A stretch of 64,000 nucleotides of DNA from Octopus sinensis (lineage: Eukaryota): NCBI RefSeq assembly GCF_006345805.1, contig NC_042999.1, positions 122,264,001 to 122,328,000 on the forward strand, in the 5' to 3' direction. Of this stretch, positions 53,070 through 64,000 are shown piece after piece. The notes below the pieces were generated by a model, which saw only the letters and a program-made list of their open reading frames with translations, had not been told where the DNA came from and searched no databases. Made by a program: the position numbers and the translations under genes. The stretch's first letter is position 1; each line of letters starts with the position of its first letter.

Positions 53070-53385
53070 CAGCTATTGACATTTCAGGGCCAAACATTTA
53101 CATATGTGCATGCAAGCATATATATATATATATATATTCATATGTATGTACATACATACATATACACACATATATGCATACATAAATGTATGTAAGCATG
53201 TATCCCTCTTTGTGTAAGCATGTATATATATATATATGTGTGTGTAATAGTGTATGTGTATGTATGCATACATATATGTATATATACACATGTACACACA
53301 AGTATATATATATATATATGCTTATATACATACATATTCATATACACACACACACCACACACACACACACATGCATACATACATT
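53070..53385. repeat. Compound AT/AC/TG microsatellite field
   Basis: Direct reading; it generates the five overlapping YI/HT-rich ORFs in the track. Confidence 0.9.
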
Positions 53386-54983
53386 ATTTTCTGACCCTGA
53401 AGAAGCAGACCAGTCATTTAAATGCATTTAAATGTGATATGTTTAAGATGTGCATTCATGAGAAGAAATCCTCAATGATGATGAGGTCTCACATTTGATG
53501 ACCTTGAAAGGTCTCTTTGCATGCCATCTCTGTTTAGGAGTACTGGTAAAATATTGCTTTCTTGACATGCATTGAGTGTATCTGTGCTGCTGGATAAGAC
53601 AAAGATTACCAGAACCCCATTGAAGTATGTCTCTGACATCTGTGTTCAGAAAGTCAGTGCACATTTGTAGATCTAGTATTTATTGCTAACAATTATTTAC
53701 TTTAGAAAGCCTTCCTGAAAAACAAAATTGATGTAAAAACATGTCTGAATAGGTATGTCAATATATGAAATATCATATCGTGTTCGATCCCTAACACATG
53801 AGTGGCAGGAATGGTTTTTGACTCTCAAAGTAACTGAAAAGTGTTAAAAATTCCTACTTATTTCAATGGAAATGTCAATACTTTATAACTCATGCAATGA
53901 GCAATATAAAGCAAAACAGTCCACAGAGATATACACTTTTAATCAACCAACACTAACACTTTACTGTATTCATCCTTAAAAAAAATTAAAACTGCAACAC
54001 AGCATAGTTTACCTCTATAGACTTAACTCTCTTCAATATCACTCAAAATTTTGGCAAAGTTCATTGATGTGAACATATGCAATTTGACAGACTACTTCAA
54101 AATTTCTGCTAAAATTGCCTGAACCTATCTCTCCTTTTACATACAACAATTCTGCTCAAAAGGACAACAGTTATATACTGCAGGTATCACATGCACTGAC
54201 CAGATTGTTCTATTGGATTTCTTATGACCTGTCTGCAAGCATCTGTATCTTATCTAAACTTATCAAAAGGGCTTTTCAAATAAGACACTATTAACGTATC
54301 TTTCTTCTTGTTATTAAATAGCTATATCTGAACATGCCTTACAGACTAGAATTAACCAAACATTTATAGACAGTATTATACTGTGCATAGCCATTAAGAG
54401 TGTTTTAACATTTTAGGTGCAGAGAGACAGTCAAGAACATACTGTTATTTAACCTGCTGTTGTATGATTGAACTTTTAAGTTGTCACTGTATACTTTGTA
54501 TAGTTATCACTATGTTTCAATCTAGAAATGCCAGAATAGATCAGGTACTCTACCACACTATCAGGATCTTGCTAGTAAAAGGATTCAGGCTTGTTTACCA
54601 TGCCTGAAAATTTTCTACAAGGACAATGTTTTTTGCTAGATTTTGGTCATTTTGGAAATTTTTGAAGACATTTGATATAGTCCCAGGATTTGATTAAATG
54701 CTTCAATTAATTATAACTTTCTGGTTTTTTGATTTGTTATGAAATTCAACTACTGTAATTGATTTTTGTGTCAGTGTACAATAATTTTTAATCAGTTTAC
54801 CAAAGCTATATAAAGAACATAGGTTTTTAGTTAATCAATGTCCAGCTAAATATAAATTTATATAAAAGCTGCAATCTAAGTCTTTTAAACAAAAGAATTT
54901 CAAATATTCAAGCTATTGCATTAAAAAGGAAATTATATTTATTTAGTGCATCTTTATTGTATTATATTTATTGCATTGTTTTA

Positions 54984-55014
<31 letters not shown>

Positions 55015-57912
55015 CAAGATATAACTTTGGATATCTGCCAATTTTATAAGAAATATTGCTTAAACTAATTATATTTGTATAGATAAGTAACCTCAAATAT
55101 GTTATTGATAATATTTTTAAGTACAAGATATTTATATAAGTATACTTCTGGTAAAGAAGATAAAATAATATAAAAATACTGAATATTAGGAGTTCAGAAA
55201 ATTTCTATGAAGCCCTATACTGTGGATGCTGTTTTAAATAAATATCTTAACTTTAGATAATCTAATACAATGATAAATATTTATTCTTGATGAAAATATA
55301 TTGCCCTTACTTGAAATGAGAAAACCTTTCATAATTATAACAATAAAGACAAATTGACAATATTTCATTTTAAGAATCAATCAGTGTAATCAATCAAAAA
55401 AGTGGGCAATTCCAGTAACATTTTGGCCCTTATTCAGAGAATTAAGATTTCATGAATTGAATTCCTCACTTTATCAATTTTTGTTGTTCTTATATTCTCT
55501 ATTGAAATTGTTATTTGCCTATTGTACATCTTTGGTTGAGCATTTCAGTCATTCGTTTGTTAATAACTTTGATTTAAGATAAAGATTTTTTGGTGACGTT
55601 TGCATGAGTGCTTTCAAAATACAAGTCCTTCTCTTGACTTGAAAGTCATCAGTAATATGCATACCTGGGAATTCCTCTATTGTAATGCCATTAAGTTACT
55701 TATGCTGAATGATACGAATATACAATTGATAAAGTAAATAATTTAAAATGACTAACTCTTTATAGTTATGATATAAGCAATCTGACTTTTGATATATTGT
55801 TTTTGCTAGACCATTATGTTTTTCTAAACTATGTTTCTGATAATTATTACTCATTAATGCTTTTCTATGAAAGAATAATTTTTGGATGGTTTAATCACAG
55901 AGAAAGAAAATTCTTATTATCTCAGGCTCTCAGAGAATAGATTATCTAGGTAAATAAGTAATTCAAAGGTGAATACAAATTAAAAAATGTGCTAGTTGCA
56001 GTTCATGAAATCCTGCTCTATGATTAATGATCAAAAAGTTTCTGAAACTTTCAGATTAACATAATTGATGTTTATTTTCCATATCTAAGTCAATATCTCC
56101 ACAAAAAAAGAGCTGTAAAGGAATTCAGCTGATTACTTGTAAGTAAGGATTGAGCACAGTGGTTAGTGATGAACTTGGAAAAGAAGATAGCATTGGTGAT
56201 GAGAAAACGAGAAACAGTTGTGTTGGATGGATTTGTATGGGAGTGGTAGGCAATTAACCAATTCAGAAAAATTATAGGACGTTTAATAGCTATAGAATAT
56301 ATTATATCAGTTTGCCAGTCAGTCATAACCTTCTTTGGGATTTTGTGTGGGATTTCTGTGTGTAGTGGTAGTCCTTAAACACGTGGTGGGAGTATTCTAC
56401 TGTGGATTTTATTTAAGATTGATTGAGTGTCAACAGCTGAGCTGAAATGTTTTGGAAGTTTGTCAGGGACTCTGTTTTAGCATTTATAATAACTATGGCA
56501 GTTTTAAATGTGAGTTGATTCAGCTTAAAAAGTGTCAAGTACAATATTGTCTTCTTTATATATGCAGTGATTGTGTATCTGAGACAAAAATTGTTATGTC
56601 TTCAGTGGAAGGTGTTTTCAAGGTCATCTGTTCAAAAAAGCAGAGTAACTTTGACATGAAATATATAGTTTGAATATGCATGATGCTGGGGTGTGTGGAA
56701 TATTAGACAGAAATTATGAGCAATAAACTCTGTTAAGAAGTGAAGAAAAATTATTAGCATCTATAACTTGATGAATGGATTATTATTATATAAAACAAGT
56801 GAATGTGCTTGATGTATTTCATTCTGTCTTTTGAATAGCGAATTCCTTTGTTTAGACTTAGCTTGAAACCAAAATCCAAGATATTGTACTTAATAATAAG
56901 ATACACTGCCTTTGTTATCATTTCTACAAATATTTTTCAGTTCATGATCTGTAATTTCTCCTCCAATAGTTCTGTAGTGGAGAGGGAAACCATATTTGGT
57001 TGATTAGCACAGTTGTGCTATGACAACTTCAGCCAATAAAAGCTGGCTGCAGATTAATACAAACAGCAGCTTCTGCCCAGCAGTATTTTGCACCTTTTTT
57101 CAATAGTTAGCTTTCAGTTAGCAGGAAGACCCAAAACAGTCAACACACTTTTTCATAATGTACATCTTCTGGTATTTTTACCAACTTCCAACTACTGATT
57201 TTTACATTAAGCTTGCCACGACTACCCATATCCTTCACCATGGATGGAACCGGTATGTTTTCAGTTAGTTGGTGAAGAATTGGCACACCTGTAATATATC
57301 TCCTTTGAAACATGAAAGGATTCTTGTGTGTCAATCACCCACTTCATGCACAATTTTGATTACCTGTTGTTATACATAAATTTATTGCAGGAACTTAACT
57401 AAGCTAGTTCACTTATAACTATTAAATATAAACGTTTCAGATTATCTTCTACACTTACATTAACCTCATCATCATTGTGTCATTCTTGTCATAATTATCA
57501 TGCCTCTGTGTAAGAAACATCTGTTTCTTCAACCTTTTTATGTGTTGGATTGTTCTGTAATTTAGGAATCTTTGCTTGTGTCTTAGTTCTGTATCAGCTC
57601 CCTTGGTTGTGGCATTGTATTCCTGCCTAGTCTCACAATTAAACTATGGGTTTATTTTGTCTACTATCTTGTAATAAGTCAGTCTTAAAACTAATTCTTT
57701 TGGCAGTTAATCTTTAGAATTTAATTTTTTAAAAAATTGTTAGTTTTGATGTTTAACTACAAATATTTATATGGGAAATTGTGAAATGAGTTACATTTTC
57801 TAAGCCATTGAAGAAGAGATTAATCATCTAAAGAATTCAAATAATTTGTCTCTCATTTAAACTTACCAGAGTTTTAAATGTTTAAAATTCTCTAAAAATC
57901 AATATATTTGTT

Positions 57913-58195
57913 GGTCATTTTTTTTTTTTTGCCAAATAAACACACACATTATATACTTGTTCTTCACTTGTTTGTTACTGTTTTTATTCTAACTCATGTC
58001 CATTGTCCAGAAATCTTTTGTCACACATCTATGACCTCTTCAGTGACACCTTCCATCTTTGTGTGCTCTTAGGTCACAGATGTGTGACGAAAGATTTCTA
58101 GACAATGGACATGAGTTAGAATAAGAACAGTAATAAATGAGCGAAGAACAAATATATAGTGCGCTTGTTTATTCGGCAAAAAAAAAACAATGACC
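57913..58195. mobile_element. Long fold-back MITE-like element, arms about 125 bp, loop about 33 nt
   Basis: ttattctaactcatgtccattgtccagaaatcttttgtcacacatctatgacct mirrors aggtcacagatgtgtgacgaaagatttctagacaatggacatgagttagaataa, extending outward to ggtcatt/aatgacc. Confidence 0.9.
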
Positions 58196-58470
58196 ATTCC
58201 AAAATACAACAATATCTATTTCAATACATGGTTTCACATCAGGAATCTTGCAATGCAAATTCATAAATGTAACAATATGATATGCATTTTCTGCTTTATA
58301 AATGCCTCATAACTTTCCATGTTCTCCTAGGATGAGGAATTGAAATAATTTGATAATCTGATGAAAGTGATATATATTGAGATTTAGGGGACTGGTGTTC
58401 AAAAAAAATATATGTAAAGGAGGGAATTCCAGAAACATGCAATTCTGAGTGAGAGAATTTAGTTAATATA

Positions 58471-58700
58471 TATTTCTTTACTACCCACAAGGTGCTAAAT
58501 ACAGAGGGGACAAACAAGGACAGACAAACCGATTAAGTTGATTACATCGACCCCAGTGCATAACTGGTACTTAATTTATCGACCCCGAAAGGATGAAAGG
58601 CAAAGTTGACCTCGGCGGAATTTGAAGTCAGAACGTAACAGCAGACAAAATATGGCTTCGCACTTCGCCCGGTGTGCTAACGTTTCTGCCAGCTCACCGC
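58471..58700 (-). mobile_element. MetaSINE-like SINE, full length
   Basis: Reverse complement of the 39790 copy. Confidence 0.85.
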
Positions 58701-59388
58701 TGCAGAAGAGCAGAGTCTAAGACAATATTTATAATGAAAGATTAGATTTAATAAGATATACTTTCAGTTTATTTCAGTCTGAAATTACCAATAAAATTTT
58801 TAAAGCAAATATATCCAAGTGTTTATTTATTTAATCAGATGATTAATTTCTAGTAGTGCCTTAAAAATTCACTATTATTTATTAATTTTCATTTACCTGT
58901 TAAATTATAGTTTGTGTAATTATGTATATGTGTAAAATGCTGCAAGAGAATAGTCAAAATTTAATTACTTTTCCCAATTGCTAATGTTATAAAATTTCAT
59001 TTTTCTTCTCAGTGTAGAAATTTTAGAGTAAATGTGTATTTAAAACTGCAATTTATTTTCTTAGGGAGAATGAAAACAACTGATGAAATTAGCATGCTAG
59101 TTTGTAGGGGAGTCAAACAAACCAAAACATTCAGGTAAAATCAAAAGATGTAAAATTGAAAAACAGAACAAATTTATATCTGTTTGTTATAAAACATCTA
59201 TTTCCAACTTGATGGCTCAATACATGTTAGATCAGTATATTTTGTTTATTCTTGTATTCTTGAGGTTGAAATAAGATTGTCCTTTTCAAGGCATGCCTGT
59301 ACTGGTGTCAGCCTTCTGGCTATGCCATTGTTGAATGGAACATCATTATGAAAAGAAAAAATATTCTAAAATCTGTATTTTCTTCCAG

Positions 59389-59587
59389 TTTTAAAAAGCC
59401 ATTACTGTATGTAAATGCTCAATGGCTGAATATGCTAAGTATGTCAGTACCAGTTCAAAGAGACAAGTTTAAATATATTGCAGGAAATTTATTGTGTCTT
59501 CAGAGTATCAACTTATTTTCTTGTACAGAAGTTCAAATGGCTATTGTTTGTGGATTCCAGATCTTCAATGTCTCTTGCAACATACGG
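59389..59587 (+). CDS. Candidate exon or exon pair (FKKPLLYVNAQWLNML ... VQMAIVCGFQIFNVSCNIR)
   Basis: Strong acceptor ctgtattttcttccag|, internal |gtatgt and ttattttcttgtacag| sites, end |gtatcc; lies inside the 95-codon non-repetitive ORF 59348-59635. Confidence 0.3.
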
Positions 59588-60309
59588 GTATCCTATCAAT
59601 GGGTTAGTGTTTTAATTAGTAGCTTCACACTTTGAAATTATATTTGTGTATCAGTAGATAAGAATACTTGAAGTCCAGCAATACCCCATCAATATTTTTC
59701 ATCAGATGACTATTAAAAGTTAAAACATTAATAAAACTAGTTGCTTGTATTCAAATGTATTTCCTTTGTGGGATCTAAAGTATTTGCTTTCCATTAATTC
59801 TTTCTCTGTATCAGCATTTGAATATATTTTCGTTATAATTTCATCCCTAGACTGGTCTGTTTTTCATATAGCTGAGAGTTTCAATTAATCTAAGGAATCT
59901 ACCATGTGATAATTAAAAACCTTCTCTGAAAATATTTTTAGTAACATATGATAATTTCAATAAGAAAAGAAATGAAAATAATGTTTTTAAGCTTCAAACA
60001 TCATAAGCATATATTTTTAAACTGATATTATGATTCCTGACATGATTTTGAAGAAAAAAAGAATAATAATTTGGTCTATATATGAAATATTTAAATATGA
60101 AGACATTTTAACCACTCGTATCAGTTACGATCCTGACTATCTGTCAATAACTGACTGATTACTTGAATAAACAACTTGAGTTATATGTATTGATTAAGAA
60201 ATCATTTCTGTTTTGCAAGACTAATAATTTGGTTAGTGCATCTATTGTTGTTACCATGTTCTCAGAATTATTGTTTTGCTTTCTTATTTTCTGGAATGAG
60301 CTATTTATG

Positions 60310-60705
60310 AGAAAATAAATCATCGTTATCATCATTGTTTGAATGTCCACCTTTCCTTGCTTTCATGAGTTAGACACGATTTATTGAGATAGATTTTCTA
60401 TGGCTTGATGCCCTTCCTGGCATCAACATTTACTTGTTTCTAAGGAAGATTATATTGCACTATGAATAGACATGTTTTTCACAGAAGACTGGAATCAAAT
60501 AATGTTTCATGCATGGTGGAGATGCTCATTTTACAATCATTGCATGTCAAGATGAGGTTATAAACAGACACAGGCAAATACACACATTCACATTGGGCTT
60601 CTTTCAGTTTCTGTCGACCAAATCCACTCACAAGTCGAGAGCTTTGCAGTGGGACCAAGTCCAAAGTTATTTGGTTGGATACCAAACTTCTTAACCACAC
60701 AGCCA
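60310..60705 (-). mobile_element. RTE-tailed fragment plus CORE-SINE head
   Basis: gatgcccttcctggcatcaac, and ggcttctttcagtttctgtcgaccaaatccactcacaag...ttaaccacacagcc. Confidence 0.7.
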
Positions 60706-61267
60706 TATATGTGCTTATATCAAGGGAAAATAAATATACAATATAAAAAAAAAAAGAAGGCACATCATTTTACTTCTGAAATAATGTCTCTAATATACAT
60801 ATATATATATATGTCTCTAATATACAGTGTTGAACCAATGTTGTTTTTACTCATTAGTATTGAAATAATTTAAAGCTTTAAACAGTTCTATATCAGTTTT
60901 TCAATGTGTGATTGTATAATCATATATTTATCTATATGCAAAGTTATATAATTGTGATCACTTAATTACTATGTTACATCTATATTAAATTAAAAACAAT
61001 AGATTCTGAAAGAAATTAGACTTTACTTTGTCCTTGTAGCATAACACTGATTTCTCTGTTTGAAAAAATTGAACTGCAGAAATGGTAATAATATTTTGGC
61101 ATGTGAGAAAAGGTGTGAAATAAGCGATAGTTCCACTTTTAAAGGTTGATGACTTTCATCATCATCATCATCATCATCGTTTAACGTCCGACTTTGTAAA
61201 TGTTTAATACACTCACATGCCAACACACACACGTACACACACACAATAATAATAATAATAATAATAA

Positions 61268-61804
61268 TAAATGCCCTGATGCAGTACCAGACAGTGGCTC
61301 TCATGGCTTCTGATCTTAACTGATTGGAAGTGTTATCATGTACATTGTTTTGTCTTGGTATAAAAGATGGGCTACAGCAAATATTCTGCTCAATACCACA
61401 GATCTACTTGTCAGTTGTTTGACTATAACCAATTGAGCATGTCCCCTGGTGGCTAACAATATGTGCTTCTCTGATCATGAGCAGAAGTAATGGTGGAGCA
61501 TCATAGCCGTGTGTTGAAAGGAATTCTTGGAGGTTTGGATAATTCACATTTAGAACCATAGGTGGTTCGTTCAATGTCCTTAAACAATCCTTATTCAGTG
61601 ACCTTTTGAGTGGGATGGGCTACTTGACCAGAAGAAAATTCTAACTGCAATGTCATGCGCTGCTTATCTTAATATGAGATCATCATGTCGTGTACATTTG
61701 GTTGTGATGCATGTGCCTGCTGTACCCTTATCAGACGGGTAATCATGATGGGTATACTGGGCTTCGTATATTTTACCCCAGTGTCACTTTGATGGCATAC
61801 ACTC
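61268..61804 (+). mobile_element. About 540-bp interspersed repeat, Deu/Nin-domain-like SINE, bounded by (AAT)n tracts
   Basis: ggtataaaagatggg and gcctgctgtaccc resemble recalled Deu/Nin-domain segments; family assignment is from memory only. Confidence 0.5.
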
Positions 61805-61863
<59 letters not shown>

Positions 61864-61878
61864 TAATAAATAATAATT
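61804..61878. repeat. (AAT)n microsatellite
   Basis: Direct reading; it explains the poly-L ORF at 61669-61947. Confidence 0.95.
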
Positions 61879-64000
61879 GTAGAAAGTACAATATATTGAA
61901 AAATACCTCATAAACAAGATGCTGAAAAGAGAACTATATGAAAACATTTCCCAAAGATCATAAGTACTCTTTCACAGAAGACCCAGGAATCTTTTTGCTT
62001 ATAAAATGATGAATAAACACATCATGCTGATCACATCATTCAAAATATGGGAATATAATGGAAAGTGAGCTGCTTGTAAATAATTTCTCATTGATACAAC
62101 ACCTTATCAGTGTGTATCATTGCTTTTCTGCATGTATTATGTATAATTTCACTCATGAAATAAATATGTCAACATATGAATATATGTGTTTATGTGTGTA
62201 TGTGTGTGCATTTAGTTATATTAACAGTTTGTGTCAGAGAAAAGCATACCCTGTTGTTCATATATATTGAATTGGTTTTATATATGAATATTTATCTAAC
62301 TCAATGTAAATGTACAGATATTAACTGACAATCACCAATACTAAAACAGCTTTACAGTACACTAGAATATATGATTACAGTATCTGTGAAAGTTGCAGCT
62401 GATATTGAAAATTATATAGGCTGTTGGAATGTAATAGTAGATGTTGAAATAGCATCAAGACCTATAAAATCTTTATTTGGATGTCTTCTAATCTAGTTCA
62501 CATTTCTGCAGTCCACCCAGCTCAAAATAAATGTCAATTGTAGCTTGAGTTAACCTTGTATTCAGTAAGGAAGAGCTTGTATTACCAGTTTCTTAAACAC
62601 CTCAGAAATTAACATAAACTCTGTCCTAATAAATCTGTTGGCTTGAAACAAAATACCACCAAATAAGTAATCATGGATATTCTTCCACAATAAACCCAGC
62701 AAGCTCATTATTGAAATCATCAGTCTCAGTAGACTGAGCAAGATCAACTTGATATCATATTAAATAAGCCTCCACCAGTACAGATTAAGATATGGGTTTT
62801 AGGGGCTACTGCTCAGTGACCTATGTAGTAGGAGAGCTTCTACATATTAAGTGAAACAATACTGAGAGCCTCTCAGTGCATGTAGCTCAGGGTCTTAGAA
62901 AGTCTTAATCTTGTCCTATCCACCACCGACTACTCTTACTTGAATTGGATCCATTCTTGCCATAATGAAAGTCAATAAAGAAAAAAGGAGAGAAAAAGGC
63001 ATTTTCACCACTTTGCATTTTTGGCTTTGAAAATCTGGCAATATCTTCTCTAAATTATTTTACCATACATTAAAATTGTTACAAATGCTTTATATTGATT
63101 TTATTTTGAAGAATATTTTGACAGGGTTTGTTAGCTCGAGCTTCCTTTTATACAGGATTAATCTTAAAATTGTTCTAATGTATTTTTCTATTATTAATTA
63201 AGAAAGATGAACCAATTATAAATTCAGATTATGTTCAGTATGGTGAATCACTTAAATGAAAGAAAGCCTCTTGTCAGATGTGTATTTAAATCCATAAAAA
63301 TAAATATATCCTTTGCCCTGCCTCACATCCTTGCAAGAATATCATGTGTAATTTATAGCTACAATTCTTAAAGTTTTACAGCATTGAAGCAAAGTTAAAA
63401 GATATTTCCTGCTTGAAATTTTCTAATGTTACTTCATTTTCAAACAGAGATATTATCTTATTTTGTTTGTATACACATTTTCGTGTTTCAGTATGGAATA
63501 TTTAGATATAAAATTTTCTCATTCTATTTATTAATTCATTTTCTGCTTAATATGAAATACATTTCTAATATTGTCAAAAAGGACTGAAGGTGATTTAGCA
63601 TCACTAAGACCTTTGTCAACCAGCTATCTATTTAAAGCTATATATGGTTATGGTACATCCTCACTTCTAGTATGGATCCTACCCCAACTCCATCTTGTCC
63701 ACAATATCGATCTGCTGGATGTTGTCCACAGGCATGCAACTAGATGAATGCCATCTCTTGAATGCATTGCTTCTCTGGGCATCAGCACACAAATTTCAAC
63801 ATCTTGTAGCTGGTTTGGGAAAAGCTCATGATCATTATCCATGATCATTCCAGCAACAAATTTGGCCATTTTTGGAATTCAATGCCTCTATTACTCATGG
63901 ACATAATTTTATAATCAAATAACAGCACAGTATCCATGACTTCCAGAAACATTTCTTTCATGCTCAGAATTGTCAAAACATGGAATATACTAGCCACATC

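Noticed and set aside
53486-53515. Hammerhead-like ATGATGA-ggtc...gacc-ttGAAAggtc
   Set aside because: Core C is missing, extra bases precede GAAA, no stem I or III, and no PLE context.
2930-58700. tRNA-like A/B box sequences
   Set aside because: All are heads of multi-copy SINEs; no complete cloverleaf tRNA gene was seen.
63648-63869. Minus-strand 73-aa ORF near the window end
   Set aside because: No recognisable motif or splice support.
1-64000. Most ORFs in the six-frame track (YIYI, CVCV, HTHT, ERER, poly-I, poly-L and similar)
   Set aside because: They are translations of microsatellites or SINE sequence, not genes.

Overview
Strongly AT-rich eukaryotic DNA packed with microsatellites, tRNA-derived SINEs, decayed RTE LINE pieces, mariner and TTAA-flanked MITEs, and two Penelope-like (PLE) retroelements. 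The SINE families look like those I recall from Octopus genomes, so the source is probably an octopus (inference). Almost all ORFs in the supplied track are microsatellite or repeat artefacts; the only clearly recognisable protein remnants are the PLE RT/GIY-YIG, RTE RT and mariner transposase fragments. Reading splice signals by eye suggests a + strand gene with many small (30-80 nt) exons from about 16 to 41 kb, possibly further. Several of these exons join in frame, but I cannot name the product. Most interesting non-coding features: (i) both PLE copies carry an inverted flanking repeat with a minimal hammerhead-ribozyme motif, one near-intact and one decayed; (ii) many long fold-back and palindromic elements, two of them just upstream of candidate splice acceptors; (iii) SINE multimers sharing the same junction at independent loci. 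No CRISPR, rRNA or genuine tRNA genes were seen. No bacterial-type novel system is supported.
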